DNA of 64,000 nucleotides, taken from NCBI GenBank assembly GCA_044376115.1, contig JBILLK010000024.1, forward strand, positions 104,598 through 168,597. The letters are read 5' to 3'. Below the pieces are notes generated by a model. It saw nothing but the letters and a program-made list of their open reading frames with translations, was not told where the DNA came from and did not search any database. Shown here piece after piece: positions 31,133-42,333 of the stretch. Within the stretch, counting starts at the first letter, position 1, and each line of letters opens with the position of its first letter. The DNA comes from Polyangiaceae bacterium. Lineage in GTDB: Bacteria; Myxococcota_A; Polyangia; Polyangiales; Polyangiaceae. The position numbers and the translations under genes were made by a program.

Positions 31133-31651
31133 TCAGCCAGCTGCTTCGGCAGCGGCCTCAGGTTCCTCAACCGGCTCTTCAACAGGGGCGGTCTTCACCT
31201 TGTCGACGGGTGCAGCCGCATCCACGAACTCGATCATGCTGATCGGCGCGTTGTCACCACGGCGAAATCCGACCTTGACGATTCGAGTGTAACCACCCGG
31301 GCGTTCGGCGAATCGCTTCGAGAGATCGACGAGAACCTTCTCGACGATGTCCACCGTCGAGCCGTCGGTCCTTACGCCGAATCGCGGCAAGTACGCCGAC
31401 AGAAGCCGAGTGACATGAAGTCGCTTCGCCTTACCGTCTGCGGATAGCTCCGTCTGCGGCGTGTAAGCGACGGGGCCGAGTCGACGAGCCTTCGTGATGA
31501 GCCGCTCGGCGATTCGCCGAAGCTCCTTCGCCTTGGCGTCGGTCGTCTCAATCCGCTCATGCGTGATGAGATTCGCCGCCAGGTTGCGCAGCATTGCGCG
31601 CCGGCTCGAAGTGTCTCGACTGAACTGCCTGCCTGCTTTCTTGTGACGCAT
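31133..31651 (-). CDS. rplQ: 50S ribosomal protein bL17
   Basis: MRHKKAGR..., RIETTDAKAKELR, RPGGYTRI, RRGDNAP. Confidence 0.97.
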   Translation of the reverse strand: MRHKKAGRQFSRDTSSRRAMLRNLAANLITHERIETTDAKAKELRRIAERLITKARRLGPVAYTPQTELSADGKAKRLHVTRLLSAYLPRFGVRTDGSTVDIVEKVLVDLSKRFAERPGGYTRIVKVGFRRGDNAPISMIEFVDAAAPVDKVKTAPVEEPVEEPEAAAEAAG

Positions 31652-31710
31652 GACGAAAACCTACTCTTTTTGAAAACAACGCGAAAAACGAAAACCGATG
31701 ACCGAGCGAA

Positions 31711-32739
31711 TCAGGCCTGTGCCTGCTGCGTCTTCCAGCGCTCGAGCAACTGAGACCAGTTGTCAATCTTGAGCCCAAGTGACAGCCCCATGCTCGCAAG
31801 GATCTCTTTGATCTCCTTGAGCGACTTCCGGCCAAAATTCTTGGTCTTGAGCATGTCCTGCTCCGAGCGCTGAACCAACTCGCCGATCAGCGTGATGTTC
31901 GCGTTCTGCAGGCAGTTCGCCGAGCGTACGCTCAGCTCGAGTTCCTCGACCGAGCGGAAGAGGTTCTCGTTGAGCGGCTCATCTTCGCTGGAGGTCGACT
32001 GGTAGCTCGTCTCCTCGGTCTCCTCGAAGTTGATCCAGATGCTCAACTGCTCCTTCAAGATTTTGGCGGCGAACGCAACAGCGTCGGCCGGCTTGACGGC
32101 ACCGTTGGTCCACACGTCCAAGGTGAGCTTGTCGTAATCCGTGACCTGCCCGACGCGCGCATTCTGCACGGTGAAGTTCACTTTGCGGATGGGCGAGAAG
32201 AGAGCGTCCACCGGGATCGTCCCGATGGCCATGGTGGCGGTCTTGTTGCGGTCTGCTGCCGACCAACCTCGGCCGACGTTAACCGTCAGCTCCATCGAGA
32301 GCGGGCCCTTCTTGTCAAGCACCGCGATCAGGTGGTCGGGATTGAGTACTTCCAGCCCATCAACGGCCTGAATGTCTTTGGCGTAGACGGGGCCGGGGCC
32401 CTCCTTCTCGACGCGGACCGTGTAGGTCTTTGCCTGTGCAGCCTTGAACACAACCTCTTTGAGGTTGAGGATCAAATCGCTGACATCCTCAACGACATCC
32501 GGCACCGTGGTGAACTCGTGCAACGCACCCTCGATGCGGACTGCGGTGATAGCAGCGCCCTGCAAAGAGGAGAGAAGCACGCGCCGAAGCGAATTGCCGA
32601 TGGTCGTCCCGAACCCGCGCTCGAGCGGCTCAGCCACAAAGCGTCCGTGGAACTCGCTCGCACCCTCGGGGTCCAGCGTGATGCTCTTCGGCCGGATTAG
32701 GTCGCGCCAATTACGTGAAATCATCGTCATGTTCGACAT
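31711..32739 (-). CDS. rpoA: RNA polymerase subunit alpha
   Basis: [46 protein letters not shown]. Confidence 0.98.
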   Translation of the reverse strand: MSNMTMISRNWRDLIRPKSITLDPEGASEFHGRFVAEPLERGFGTTIGNSLRRVLLSSLQGAAITAVRIEGALHEFTTVPDVVEDVSDLILNLKEVVFKAAQAKTYTVRVEKEGPGPVYAKDIQAVDGLEVLNPDHLIAVLDKKGPLSMELTVNVGRGWSAADRNKTATMAIGTIPVDALFSPIRKVNFTVQNARVGQVTDYDKLTLDVWTNGAVKPADAVAFAAKILKEQLSIWINFEETEETSYQSTSSEDEPLNENLFRSVEELELSVRSANCLQNANITLIGELVQRSEQDMLKTKNFGRKSLKEIKEILASMGLSLGLKIDNWSQLLERWKTQQAQA

Positions 32740-32858
32740 CGTGGGCTCCACAGAAAGGGTTCGAGCTAGGTCCCATGAGCTGCTCCGCACTCGAAGCAGC
32801 CCACCGCCATCACCCGTCAAGACAACTTCATGAGACGAACCGCCGAGGCGGTTCCCGA

Positions 32859-33488
32859 CTAGCGTGAGTAGTACTCGACCACCAGCTGCTCGCGAATCTC
32901 GGGCTCGTTCAACTCCTCACGTGCGGGAGCGCCCTTGATCGTGAAGGAAAGACCAGCCTTGTCGATCTCAATCCAGGAGGCGGGGTTGCGCTTCTCGGAG
33001 GCTGCAACCGCGGCCAAGACCTTCGCGAACTTCTTTGCTTCCTCAACCAGCTCCAGCTTTTCGCCGTTGCGGAGGACGTAGCTGGGAATGTCGACTCGCT
33101 TGCCGTTGATCTTCACGTGACCGTGACGAACCAACTGGCGAGCCTCCGAACGCGACCCGGCAAAACCAGCGCGGTAAACGGCGTTGTCCAACCGACGCTC
33201 AAGCAAGGAGAGCATCTCCTCGCCCGTGCGGCCTTTGCGCCGGCTCGCCTCTTGGTAGTAGCCTTGGAACTGACGCTCGAGAACGCCGTAAACACGACGA
33301 ACCTTTTGCTTCTCACGGAGACGCACGGCGTACTCGCTCAGCTTGATACGGCCTTGCCCATGCTGCCCGGGCGGATAGGGGCGACGGGTGAAGGCGCATT
33401 TCTCCGAGTAGCAGCGCTCCCCCTTGAGGTAGAGCTTCATACCTTCGCGACGACAGAGCTTGCAGACCGGACCAACGTAACGAGCCAT
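32859..33488 (-). CDS. rpsD: 30S ribosomal protein uS4 (Zn-binding type)
   Basis: [34 protein letters not shown]. Confidence 0.98.
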   Translation of the reverse strand: MARYVGPVCKLCRREGMKLYLKGERCYSEKCAFTRRPYPPGQHGQGRIKLSEYAVRLREKQKVRRVYGVLERQFQGYYQEASRRKGRTGEEMLSLLERRLDNAVYRAGFAGSRSEARQLVRHGHVKINGKRVDIPSYVLRNGEKLELVEEAKKFAKVLAAVAASEKRNPASWIEIDKAGLSFTIKGAPAREELNEPEIREQLVVEYYSR

Positions 33489-33591
33489 AACCTAACTTCC
33501 TCACAACCGCAGAAAAGCGCCACTGACGAGGAACCCTCGTCAATCGCAGAGCAAGCCACCTAACGGTGAACCCGTGGGAAAAACCGATGCC

Positions 33592-33990
33592 TCAGACGCG
33601 CCGACGCTTGGGCGGCCTGCAACCGTTATGCGGAATCGGCGTCACGTCGCGAATCAGCGTCACCTTGAACCCGGCAGTCTGAAGCGCTCGCAGCGCGCTC
33701 TCTCGACCGGCGCCCGGCCCCTTAACGAAGACAGCAACCGAGCGCATGCCATGCTCTTGCGCCTTGCGGGCAGCTTCCTCGGCGGCGAGCTGCGCTGCAA
33801 AGGGCGTCGACTTGCGTGAGCCCTTGAAGCCGCGAGCACCAGCCGAAGACCAAGCAACGGCGTTGCCGTTGATGTCCGTGATCGTCACGACGGTGTTGTT
33901 AAACGTGGATTGGATGTGAGCAATCCCCGCAGCGACGTTCTTTTTGACCTTCTTCTTCTGCTTGGTCTTAGCTGTTTTCGGCGTGGCCAT
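33592..33990 (-). CDS. rpsK: 30S ribosomal protein uS11
   Basis: [37 protein letters not shown]. Confidence 0.98.
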   Translation of the reverse strand: MATPKTAKTKQKKKVKKNVAAGIAHIQSTFNNTVVTITDINGNAVAWSSAGARGFKGSRKSTPFAAQLAAEEAARKAQEHGMRSVAVFVKGPGAGRESALRALQTAGFKVTLIRDVTPIPHNGCRPPKRRRV

Positions 33991-34021
33991 GACGTTCCGC
34001 TTCCTTCTGTTGACTCGAAAA

Positions 34022-34405
34022 TTACTTCTTCACGGGGGTGGGTCGGCGGGCAACCATGCCCTTGCGCGGCCCCTTGCGCGTACGCGCGTTCGTATGGGTA
34101 CGCTGTCCGTGAACCGGCAGACCCTTTCGATGACGGAGACCTCGGTAGCAGCCCAGGTCCATCAATCGCTTGATGTTCATCTGAACCTCGCGGCGAAGAT
34201 CACCCTCGACCTTGTAATCCGCATCGAGCACTTCGCGGATGGCTTTCACGTCGTTGTCGGAGAGCTCCTCGACGCGCTTGTTCTCGGGGATGCCAGTCTT
34301 TGCACAGATCTCCCGCGCCGTCTTCGGACCAATTCCGTAGAGGTAGGGTAGCGCAAAGGCCAAGTGCTTACGTCGGGGGAGGTCAACGCCTGCGATACGT
34401 GCCAT
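34022..34405 (-). CDS. rpsM: 30S ribosomal protein uS13
   Basis: [36 protein letters not shown]. Confidence 0.98.
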   Translation of the reverse strand: MARIAGVDLPRRKHLAFALPYLYGIGPKTAREICAKTGIPENKRVEELSDNDVKAIREVLDADYKVEGDLRREVQMNIKRLMDLGCYRGLRHRKGLPVHGQRTHTNARTRKGPRKGMVARRPTPVKK

Positions 34406-34466
34406 TTCCAGATTCCTTCGGAGCTATCGAGCGAGGTTGAGAGCGATCAAGGCGGTGCCTAAGATC

Positions 34467-34586
34467 TCAGTTGCCCTGCCGCTGCTTGTGGCGGGGGTTC
34501 TTCTTGCAGATGATGCGCACCACGCCCTTGCGGCGCACAACGATGCAGCTAGTACAAATCTTCTTAACGCTGGGTCTGACCTTCAT
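34467..34586 (-). CDS. rpmJ: 50S ribosomal protein bL36 (Zn-ribbon type); not in the ORF track
   Basis: Hand translation: [39 protein letters not shown]; canonical position between infA and rpsM. Confidence 0.97.
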   Translation of the reverse strand: MKVRPSVKKICTSCIVVRRKGVVRIICKKNPRHKQRQGN

Positions 34587-34662
34587 GACTGCCTCTAACA
34601 GATGAGCCGGTTCGCGAAAGCGGTTGTGTCCGATGCCACAAAAACCGCCGCGCGAATACTGT

Positions 34663-34923
34663 TCACTTATGCCTGTACGTAATTCTTCCGCGGCTGGGGT
34701 CGTAGGGAGATACCTCGACCGTCACTCGATCCCCGGGCAGGATCTTGATGTAGTACTGCCGCATGCGACCGGAGATGGTCGCCAAGACGTCGAGACCGTT
34801 GTCGGCCGAGACGCGAAACATTGCGTTGGGCAACGCTTCTTGCACCACACCGTCGAACTCGAGCTTGTCGCCCTTGGGTTCTTTCGGCCCGGTACTCGTC
34901 CGGTTGGCCTTACCGCGCTTCAA
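34663..34923 (-). CDS. infA: translation initiation factor IF-1
   Basis: [43 protein letters not shown]. Confidence 0.97.
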   Translation of the reverse strand: MKRGKANRTSTGPKEPKGDKLEFDGVVQEALPNAMFRVSADNGLDVLATISGRMRQYYIKILPGDRVTVEVSPYDPSRGRITYRHK

Positions 34924-35570
34924 GTTGCTTTCTCCTCGCCGGAGGCAGCAGCGCTGCCCAAAGCTCTCTCGATTCGTTGAGTGATGTCCGCCGCAGCACC
35001 GACCCCATCAACCCGCCGAAGCAGGCCTTTCGCGTCGTAATATGGGAGGAGCGCAGCAGTCTGAGCCTCGTAGGCATCCTGCCGCCGGGCCACCGTGGCC
35101 GGCTTGTCATCCTCGCGGTGCTCCAAGTCTGCATCCGCCGGAGGCGGGTTGTAGACCAGGTGGTAGATCTTACCGGTGTTCCGGTCGGTCCTACGATTCA
35201 CCAAGCGCTCCTCAAGGAGCTCCCTCGGTACGTCCAATTGAACCACCGCGTCGAGGGCGACGCCGCGAGTCCCAAGAAGAGCCGCGAGGCCGTCTGCCTG
35301 GGGCACCGTCCGCGGGAAACCGTCCAGTAGGAAGCCTGACTTCGTGTCGGCGTCCTCCAAGCGACGCTCGATCAGGCCGAGAATCGCCTCATCCGGAACG
35401 AGGCCCCCAGAATCCATGATCGCTAGATATTTGGGGTCGAGCGTGCCAGCGCGCTTCGCAGCACGCAGCATGTCACCTGTTGAAATCTGAGGAATACCAA
35501 AGCGCTTGCAGATGAACTCCGCTTGCGTTCCTTTACCCGACCCCGGGGGCCCGACGAGTATCACAATCAT
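34920..35570 (-). CDS. adk: adenylate kinase
   Basis: [31 protein letters not shown]. Confidence 0.97.
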   Translation of the reverse strand: MIVILVGPPGSGKGTQAEFICKRFGIPQISTGDMLRAAKRAGTLDPKYLAIMDSGGLVPDEAILGLIERRLEDADTKSGFLLDGFPRTVPQADGLAALLGTRGVALDAVVQLDVPRELLEERLVNRRTDRNTGKIYHLVYNPPPADADLEHREDDKPATVARRQDAYEAQTAALLPYYDAKGLLRRVDGVGAAADITQRIERALGSAAASGEEKAT

Positions 35571-36916
35571 GCTTGTTCCCCCCCCGACTCCACAAGTCGT
35601 CGAGCGCGGAGACGGCCACCGCCACCTGCATTCGTAAGACCCTCGTAATTGCGGGTGATCAAGTGGGCCTCAATCTGGTTTGCTGTGTCGAGTGCGACGC
35701 CGCAAACAATCATCAAGGAGGTTCCCCAATAGGTCATTTGCTGGTCGAGCAACCATGCCGCAATGACGTCGGTCGCTACACAAACCGCGGCGACATAAGC
35801 TGCGCCACCAACGGTGATTCGCTGCACCACCGCGTAGATATAATCTGCGGTTTGCTTGCCGGGACGAATGCCAGGGACGTTCGCCTGTTGCTTCTTGAGA
35901 TTCTCCGCCACGTCCACTGCCTGAAAGGAGATGTTCGTGTAGAAGAAGCAGAAGAAGACGATCAGCAGCACGTAGAGGGTGTTGAACAGCCAGCCACCAC
36001 GATTGATTATGCCGATCAGTCTGTCGACGCCGGGAATCTTGAATGATGCGAGGGTGGCAGGCAGCTGCAATAGAGTCGAAGCGAAGATCGGCGGGATGGT
36101 GCCGGCGACATTCACCTTGAGCGGGAGGTGCGTATTCTGGGCGCCGTACAGCCTTCGACCCACCTGACGCCGGGAGTAAACAATGGGAATCTGCCGGCGC
36201 CCGTTCTCGAAGAACACAACCGTCGCGATCAACCCCACGACACAGACCAGGAACAACATCACCGGAAGCGGCTGAAAGTCCCCGCTCTTCGCCTGAATGT
36301 AGTTGCCAGCTGCGTTCGGTATCGCGGTGACGATGCTCGCGAAGATCAGCATGCTCGTGCCATTCGAGACACCGCGCTCGGTGATCTGCTCACCGACCCA
36401 CATCAGGAACGCAGTGCCCGTGGTCAGCGTGATCATCGTCATGATCCTGAAGCTGTAGCCGGGATCGATAACCACTCCGGCGCCACCCTCCAAGCCCGCG
36501 ACGCCTTCCAGCATCTTGGCCATGGTGAATGACTGAAAGAGGGAGATCGCGATCGTCCCATAGCGCGTGTACTGATCGAGCTTACGACGGCCGGCCTCGC
36601 CTTCCTTCCGCATCTCTGCGAGCGGAGGGTAGACCATGCCCATGAGCTGCATGATGATCGATGCCGAGATATACGGCATGATCCCGAGTGCGAAGATCGA
36701 CATCTGCTCGAGCGCGCCGCCCGAAAACAGATTGAAGAACCCGAGCAAGCCACCCTGTTGGCTCTGCACGTAGCTCTTCATGGCGTTCCGATCTACGCCA
36801 GGCGTCGTGATGAACACGCCGACCCGGTAGACCGCGAGCATCATGAGAGTGAACAACACCCTCCGCCGGAGATCCGGAAGCTTGTGGAAGTTGCTTATGC
36901 CCGCAAGAGACGCCAT
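35567..36916 (-). CDS. secY: preprotein translocase subunit SecY
   Basis: SIFALGIMPYISASII, GEQITERG, PGIRPG. Confidence 0.98.
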   Translation of the reverse strand: MASLAGISNFHKLPDLRRRVLFTLMMLAVYRVGVFITTPGVDRNAMKSYVQSQQGGLLGFFNLFSGGALEQMSIFALGIMPYISASIIMQLMGMVYPPLAEMRKEGEAGRRKLDQYTRYGTIAISLFQSFTMAKMLEGVAGLEGGAGVVIDPGYSFRIMTMITLTTGTAFLMWVGEQITERGVSNGTSMLIFASIVTAIPNAAGNYIQAKSGDFQPLPVMLFLVCVVGLIATVVFFENGRRQIPIVYSRRQVGRRLYGAQNTHLPLKVNVAGTIPPIFASTLLQLPATLASFKIPGVDRLIGIINRGGWLFNTLYVLLIVFFCFFYTNISFQAVDVAENLKKQQANVPGIRPGKQTADYIYAVVQRITVGGAAYVAAVCVATDVIAAWLLDQQMTYWGTSLMIVCGVALDTANQIEAHLITRNYEGLTNAGGGGRLRARRLVESGGEQA

Positions 36917-36937
36917 GAAGGGAGAGCCTTAGTCCAA

Positions 36938-37444
36938 TCAGCCTTCGGCGGCTGCGGTCTTCTGCGGGGTGCGCGGCAATTCAACAATTGAACCGCCAAC
37001 GGCCGCGATCTTATCAGCAGCAGACTGCGAGAATCGGTGAGCTGAGACAGTGAGCTTCTTGGTCAACTCGCCGTCGCCAAGGAGCTTCACCAAAACGCGC
37101 GCCTTCACGAGGTCTTCCAACCGCCCACGAACAAGACGAACCTTGTGCATGGCAGCGAGGTCGACCGTGGCGCCTGCCTCAAACACAGCCTCAAGGTCAC
37201 CTACGTTGACCTCAAAGACCGGCGTCGCCAGCGGATTGCGAAAGCCGCGCTTCGGAAGACGACGCTGCATGGGCGTCTGTCCACCTTGGAAGTGCTTCTT
37301 GTTGATGTTGCCCTTCGAACGAGCTTTTTGGCCCTTCTGGCCACGCGTGGCGGTCTTGCCGTGCCCCGAGCCGGGACCACGTCCAACACGCTTCTTCTCG
37401 CGAACAGCACCTTCGGGTGCACGAAGTTTAGAAAGGATGTCCAT
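36938..37444 (-). CDS. rplO: 50S ribosomal protein uL15
   Basis: RVGRGPGSGHGKT, GGQTPMQRRLPKRGF. Confidence 0.97.
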   Translation of the reverse strand: MDILSKLRAPEGAVREKKRVGRGPGSGHGKTATRGQKGQKARSKGNINKKHFQGGQTPMQRRLPKRGFRNPLATPVFEVNVGDLEAVFEAGATVDLAAMHKVRLVRGRLEDLVKARVLVKLLGDGELTKKLTVSAHRFSQSAADKIAAVGGSIVELPRTPQKTAAAEG

Positions 37445-37446
37445 GG

Positions 37447-37638
37447 CTACTTCTTCTCGACCTCTTCCACCTCGAGGAGGTGGATGACTTTCTTCACCAT
37501 TCCCCGAAAGGACGGTGTGTTGGCCACGACAACATGAGACCCCGGTCCACGAAGCCCAAGGCCAGCGGCCACCTTGCGCAACTTAACGGGAACCCCAATC
37601 GTGCTCTTCTTCTGGCTCACCTTGAGGAACGGTTTCAC
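37447..37638 (-). CDS. rpmD: 50S ribosomal protein uL30
   Basis: KSTIG...LGLR...[14 protein letters not shown]; position between rpsE and rplO. Confidence 0.93.
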   Translation of the reverse strand: MKPFLKVSQKKSTIGVPVKLRKVAAGLGLRGPGSHVVVANTPSFRGMVKKVIHLLEVEEVEKK

Positions 37639-38213
37639 GATGCACCGCCTTCAGCTTTCGGGGGAGCCATAGAGGCTCGCTTCTTGACCGTGATGCTGCC
37701 CGCTTGCTTCGAGACGTACCCGAGCGAGTCGGCCGACACGGATCGCTTTGCGGCGAACTGCTCCAAGCTCTTCAGTTGGTGAAGGGCCTCGATCGTCGCG
37801 TGAACGATGTTGTGCTTGTTGCTCGTTCCCAACGACTTCGTGAGGATGTCGTGAATACCGGCAGACTCAACAACCGCGCGAACTGCACCGCCAGCAATAA
37901 CGCCAGTTCCAGGACTCGCGGGCTTCAACAGCACCTTACCGGCCCCAACGTGTCCGTACACGTCGTGGGGAATGGTCGTGCCATCCAGCGGGACCTTGAA
38001 CAAGTTCTTACGAGCTTGGTCGTTGCCCTTGCGAATGGCCTCCGGGACCTCGTTGGCTTTGCCGAGGCCAACACCGACGTGTCCGGCCTCATCACCAACC
38101 ACCACAAGCGCTGAAAAGCTGAACCGCCGGCCGCCTTTGACGACCTTAGCAACGCGGTTGATGTGGATAACTCGTTCTTTGAGTTTCTCTTCGTCGATTT
38201 GATCGAACGCCAT
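37635..38213 (-). CDS. rpsE: 30S ribosomal protein uS5
   Basis: [32 protein letters not shown]. Confidence 0.98.
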   Translation of the reverse strand: MAFDQIDEEKLKERVIHINRVAKVVKGGRRFSFSALVVVGDEAGHVGVGLGKANEVPEAIRKGNDQARKNLFKVPLDGTTIPHDVYGHVGAGKVLLKPASPGTGVIAGGAVRAVVESAGIHDILTKSLGTSNKHNIVHATIEALHQLKSLEQFAAKRSVSADSLGYVSKQAGSITVKKRASMAPPKAEGGAS

Positions 38214-38231
38214 GACCAACTCCCGTTAGGA

Positions 38232-38591
38232 CTAAAACTCGAGGCCGGCGTCGCGCGCGGCCTGAGCAAGCGCGGAAATGCGCCCGTGGTAGAGGTAGCC
38301 GTTGCGATCGAAGACGACTTTCTCGATCCCCTTCGACTTGCAAATCTTTGCGATTAAGGAGCCAACCTTCTTGGCAGCATCGGACTTCGTGTCCTCCGAT
38401 AGCGTGCCCCGTAGGTCCTTCGTCAGGGTCGAGGCGTGCGCCAAGGTCTGTCCTTTGACGTCGTCGATAACCTGCACATAGATGTGCTTTGCCGTGCGAA
38501 ACACGGAAAGCCGCGGCCGGGACTCCGTCCCATTGACCTTCTTGCGGATGCGAAGCTTGCGGCGCTCGCGGCCGACGATTCTCATGGCCAT
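38232..38591 (-). CDS. rplR: 50S ribosomal protein uL18
   Basis: [21 protein letters not shown]. Confidence 0.98.
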   Translation of the reverse strand: MAMRIVGRERRKLRIRKKVNGTESRPRLSVFRTAKHIYVQVIDDVKGQTLAHASTLTKDLRGTLSEDTKSDAAKKVGSLIAKICKSKGIEKVVFDRNGYLYHGRISALAQAARDAGLEF

Positions 38592-38593
38592 GA

Positions 38594-39172
38594 CTACTTC
38601 TTTCCGCCCTTTCCGGCCTTACCAGCCTTCTCGCGGACAGCCTCACCCTTGTAACGAACGCCCTTGCCACCGTAAGGCTCCGGTGGACGGAACCCGCGAA
38701 TGGTGGCTGCCGTCTGACCAATCAAACCCTTGTCAGAGCCGGTCAAGATCAGCTGAGTACCCTTCGACTCCGCGGGGATGTTTGCGTTGATTCCCTTGGG
38801 AAGAGGAAACACAACGGGGTGGGAGAAGCCGAGTGCAAAGTGGAGCACCTGCCCCTTGGCCTCAACGCGGTAGCCGGTTCCCTTCAGTTCCAGCTCGCGA
38901 GTGTAACCTTCGGAGGTCCCCTTCACCGCGCAGGACAGTAGCGCCCAGTGCAAGCCCTGCAGACGAGCGCCATCGCGCCCGGGTGCAGAACTCGACACGA
39001 GCAAGCTCGAACCTTCCAGCTTCACAGTGACCTGGTCGCTAAGGGAGTGCGTGAGCTCGCCCTTGGGACCCTTCACAACGATTCCGGTAGCTCCGATGGT
39101 TGCAGTGACGCCCTTCGGGAGCGGGATAGGCCGCTTGCCGATGCGTGACGTCTTGGTTTCAAGAGCAGTCAT
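38594..39172 (-). CDS. rplF: 50S ribosomal protein uL6
   Basis: [34 protein letters not shown]. Confidence 0.98.
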   Translation of the reverse strand: MTALETKTSRIGKRPIPLPKGVTATIGATGIVVKGPKGELTHSLSDQVTVKLEGSSLLVSSSAPGRDGARLQGLHWALLSCAVKGTSEGYTRELELKGTGYRVEAKGQVLHFALGFSHPVVFPLPKGINANIPAESKGTQLILTGSDKGLIGQTAATIRGFRPPEPYGGKGVRYKGEAVREKAGKAGKGGKK

Positions 39173-39573
39173 CACCACACCTCGCAGATCAGCTCTCCGC
39201 CGAGGCGGAGACGTCGAGCGTCTCGGTCGCACACCAGGCCCTGCGAGGTGCTCAGGATTGAAATCCCGAGACCGGCGAGAACCTTGGGGATGCGATCGTG
39301 GGGGACGTAAACTCGCCGACCAGGGCGCGAAATCCGGCGGACGCCGTCAATCGCGCTCGTTCGGTCGCGGCCGTACTTGAGTACGATCGTGAGCTTGCGG
39401 TCTTTTGCTTCCTCTTCCGAAGAGCTCTGAACGTCAGCGACGTAGCCCTCCGCTTTGAGGATGTTCGCCACAGCAACCTTCATCCGGCTCTGGGGCAGTT
39501 CAATCCGGTCGTGACGCGCGAGCGCGCCGTTGCGGATTCGGGTCAGCATGTCGGCAATGGGATCGGTCATCAT
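39172..39573 (-). CDS. rpsH: 30S ribosomal protein uS8
   Basis: MTDPIADMLTRIRN, SRPGRRVY, GISILSTSQG. Confidence 0.98.
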   Translation of the reverse strand: MMTDPIADMLTRIRNGALARHDRIELPQSRMKVAVANILKAEGYVADVQSSSEEEAKDRKLTIVLKYGRDRTSAIDGVRRISRPGRRVYVPHDRIPKVLAGLGISILSTSQGLVCDRDARRLRLGGELICEVW

Positions 39574-39577
39574 TGGA

Positions 39578-39763
39578 TCACCAGCTCGCTTTGATGACCC
39601 CGGGCAGTTCGCCACGGAGTGAGTAAACGCGGAGGCACACCCTGCAGAGCTCGAAGTCGCGGTAGTAGCCGCGCGAACGCCCGCAGACCTTGCAGCGGTT
39701 GCGATGTCGGGTCGAGAACTTGGGTGGACGATTCAACTTTGCGAAGTCTTTTGCACTAGCCAT
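39578..39763 (-). CDS. rpsN: 30S ribosomal protein uS14, type Z (Zn-binding)
   Basis: 61 aa; NRCKVCGR...[14 protein letters not shown]. Confidence 0.97.
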   Translation of the reverse strand: MASAKDFAKLNRPPKFSTRHRNRCKVCGRSRGYYRDFELCRVCLRVYSLRGELPGVIKASW

Positions 39764-39802
39764 GGGGATCTTTCCGGCCTTCCGAGGATCTTAACTGCGC
39801 GC

Positions 39803-40492
39803 TCAGGCCCGAAACGGCATGCCCAGCTCCGTGAGGAGGGCACGGCCTTCTTCGTCCGTACGCGCGGTGGTGACGAAGGAGATGTTCATTCCCTTCGTGA
39901 CGTCGATCTTGTCGTAGTCGATCTCGGGGAAGATGATTTGGTCCTTCAAGCCCATCGTGAAATTGCCTCGACCATCGAAGCCACGTGAGCTGACGCCCTT
40001 GAAGTCACGGACGCGCGGGAGCGCCAACGACACCAAACGATCAAGAAACTCCCACATGCGACGGCGGCGGAGCGTGACGGTCACGCCGATCGGCAGGTTC
40101 TCGCGGAGTTTAAACGACGCGATCGACTTGCGAGAGCGGCGGATCACCGGTTGTTGACCAGTGATTGCACGGACCTCTTCGACCGCTGAGTCGATAATCT
40201 TCGGGTTCCCGACGGCGGCGCCGAGTCCCATGTTGAGCACGATCTTCTGCAGCCGAGGCAGCATCATCGCGTTGGAGTAGTTGAACTTCTTCGTCAGGGC
40301 AGCGGATTGGGCGATGTATCGCGCCTTCATCCGGGGGACGTAGTTCGGGTCAACCGGCTCGGCCGCTTGGACCTCTACCGGTGCCGCAGCGGGTTTCGCT
40401 TTGGCCTTGGCTTTTGCGCCGGCGTCCCCTTTGGGGGCTGCCGGTTTTGACGCCTTGGGCGCCTTCTCTTTTGCGTCGTCCTTCTTTGCCAT
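39803..40492 (-). CDS. rplE: 50S ribosomal protein uL5 with N-terminal Lys/Ala/Pro extension
   Basis: [32 protein letters not shown]. Confidence 0.97.
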   Translation of the reverse strand: MAKKDDAKEKAPKASKPAAPKGDAGAKAKAKAKPAAAPVEVQAAEPVDPNYVPRMKARYIAQSAALTKKFNYSNAMMLPRLQKIVLNMGLGAAVGNPKIIDSAVEEVRAITGQQPVIRRSRKSIASFKLRENLPIGVTVTLRRRRMWEFLDRLVSLALPRVRDFKGVSSRGFDGRGNFTMGLKDQIIFPEIDYDKIDVTKGMNISFVTTARTDEEGRALLTELGMPFRA

Positions 40493-40499
40493 GGCTAAC

Positions 40500-40820
40500 C
40501 TACTTGCTTGCCTCAATGACGGCGCCGCTCTTGGTGGCGACTCGAACCTTCTTGCCGTCCTTCTCGACGAACCGCACGCGCGTCGGCTTCTTGGACTCGG
40601 GGTCCAGGAGCGCCAGTTTTGACACGTGGATCGGAGCTTCGATCGTGATCTTGCCGCCCTGTTGGTTGCGGGCGTTCGGCTTCTGGTGCTTCGTTCGCAG
40701 GTTGATACCTTCGACCACCGCGCGGTCCTCATCGAGGATGAGCTTGGTGATGGTTCCCTGCTTGCCCTTGTCGTCGCCGCTGATGATTTGGACGACGTCT
40801 CCTACCTTAAGCCGCTGCAT
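40500..40820 (-). CDS. rplX: 50S ribosomal protein uL24
   Basis: [28 protein letters not shown]. Confidence 0.97.
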   Translation of the reverse strand: MQRLKVGDVVQIISGDDKGKQGTITKLILDEDRAVVEGINLRTKHQKPNARNQQGGKITIEAPIHVSKLALLDPESKKPTRVRFVEKDGKKVRVATKSGAVIEASK

Positions 40821-41188
40821 CACAGCACCTCCGGCGCGAGGCTGATGATCTTCATGAACTTCTTCGCGCGAAGCTCCCTGGCGACTGGCCCGAAGATACG
40901 GGTGCCGACCGGCTCTTTGTCCTTGTTGATAAGGACTGCGCTGTTGACGTCAAACTTGATGTAGCTGCCGTCGCTGCGCTGGTACTCACGCACAGTACGC
41001 ACGATGACGGCTTGGGCGGTCTTGCCCTTCTGGACTTTGCTGCCCGGAGCAGCTTCTTTGATGGACACAACGATCACGTCGCCGAGCCCAGCGAACTTGC
41101 GCTTGGAACCGCCGAGAACCTTGATGCACATCACGCGGCGAGCGCCGCTGTTGTCTGCAACCTCGAGATGGGTCGATACCTGGATCAT
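40820..41188 (-). CDS. rplN: 50S ribosomal protein uL14
   Basis: [28 protein letters not shown]. Confidence 0.98.
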   Translation of the reverse strand: MIQVSTHLEVADNSGARRVMCIKVLGGSKRKFAGLGDVIVVSIKEAAPGSKVQKGKTAQAVIVRTVREYQRSDGSYIKFDVNSAVLINKDKEPVGTRIFGPVARELRAKKFMKIISLAPEVL

Positions 41189-41189
41189 T

Positions 41190-41636
41190 TCACGCCTCCA
41201 CCGGTCGTGAGACCAGCCGGGTCACGAGCCATCGCTTGTGCTTCGAGATCGGACGGTGCTCCATGATTTCCACCTGGTCGCCGACCTTGTAGCTGTTGCT
41301 CTCGTCGTGAGCCTTGTACTTGCTGCTCACGCGAACGTACTTCTTGTACATCGGGTTCATCGCGCGACGGATCACCTCGACCACGACGGTCTTGGTCATC
41401 TTCGCGCTCACGACGGTACCGATGATCTTGCGACGGAAGGAGTGCTCCTTCTTTGCTTCGCTCGGGACAACGGGAGCGGCGACCGGTGCCGGTGCAGCTA
41501 CGGGAGTGGCAGCAGCGCTTTTCGCTTTAGCCTTGGGGCTGGCTTTCGCCGCTGCGGGAGCGACGGCTTTACCGGCTTTCGCCGGCGCGTCTTTCGCGGC
41601 TCCTGCTTTCGCAGGCTTGGTCTTCTTGTCACTCAT
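41190..41636 (-). CDS. rpsQ: 30S ribosomal protein uS17 with N-terminal Lys/Ala/Pro extension
   Basis: [30 protein letters not shown]. Confidence 0.96.
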   Translation of the reverse strand: MSDKKTKPAKAGAAKDAPAKAGKAVAPAAAKASPKAKAKSAAATPVAAPAPVAAPVVPSEAKKEHSFRRKIIGTVVSAKMTKTVVVEVIRRAMNPMYKKYVRVSSKYKAHDESNSYKVGDQVEIMEHRPISKHKRWLVTRLVSRPVEA

Positions 41637-41863
41637 GATTCACTGTTCCCTTCGGGCGTCGAGCTCGTCTCCGAGCTGGCCGATCGCTGGGTGAGCAGGG
41701 TCTTCACCCGAGCGAGGTCACGACGCGTGCGACGGATGGACGCAGTGTCGTTCAAGCGGTTCGTGTAGTTCTTGAAGCGGGCCTGGAAGAGGTCGTTATG
41801 AAGCGACTTCTCGAGCTCGCTCAGCGCTTCCGTCGTGCGGTCACGGAGTTCTTTGGCTTTCAC
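41633..41863 (-). CDS. rpmC: 50S ribosomal protein uL29
   Basis: MKAKELR, LFQARF, IRRTRRDLARVKT. Confidence 0.95.
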   Translation of the reverse strand: MKAKELRDRTTEALSELEKSLHNDLFQARFKNYTNRLNDTASIRRTRRDLARVKTLLTQRSASSETSSTPEGNSES

Positions 41864-41895
41864 GGGACGTTTCCTTTGTCGTTCCTGGAGTCAGA

Positions 41896-42309
41896 TCACG
41901 CCGTGTCGCGGATGAGAAAACGGCAAGCGAGCGGGAGCTTGTGGGCGGCGAGACGGAAGGCTTCACGAGCCATCTCCTCGGGGACTCCACTGATTTCGTA
42001 GAGCACGCGGCCGGGCTTAACCACGGCTGCCCACTCCTCCGGAGCGCCTTTTCCTCCACCCATACGAACTTCCAAGGGCTTCTTGGAAATCGACTTGTCG
42101 GGGAAGATGCGGATGAACAGCTTGCCGGCGCGCTTGCAGTGACGCTGCACGGCCATACGGGCTGCCTCGATCTGGCGAGCGGTCACGCGTGACGGCTCAA
42201 GGGCTTGAAGAGCAAAGTCGCCGAAGGAGACGTCGCTGCCTGCTGTTGCCAGGCCGCGAAGGTGACCCTTCTGCATTTTCCGGTACTTGGTTCGCTTCGG
42301 AGAAAGCAT
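41896..42309 (-). CDS. rplP: 50S ribosomal protein uL16
   Basis: [28 protein letters not shown]. Confidence 0.98.
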   Translation of the reverse strand: MLSPKRTKYRKMQKGHLRGLATAGSDVSFGDFALQALEPSRVTARQIEAARMAVQRHCKRAGKLFIRIFPDKSISKKPLEVRMGGGKGAPEEWAAVVKPGRVLYEISGVPEEMAREAFRLAAHKLPLACRFLIRDTA

Positions 42310-42333
42310 GTTCGATGTCCTTCTAGCGTTGGG

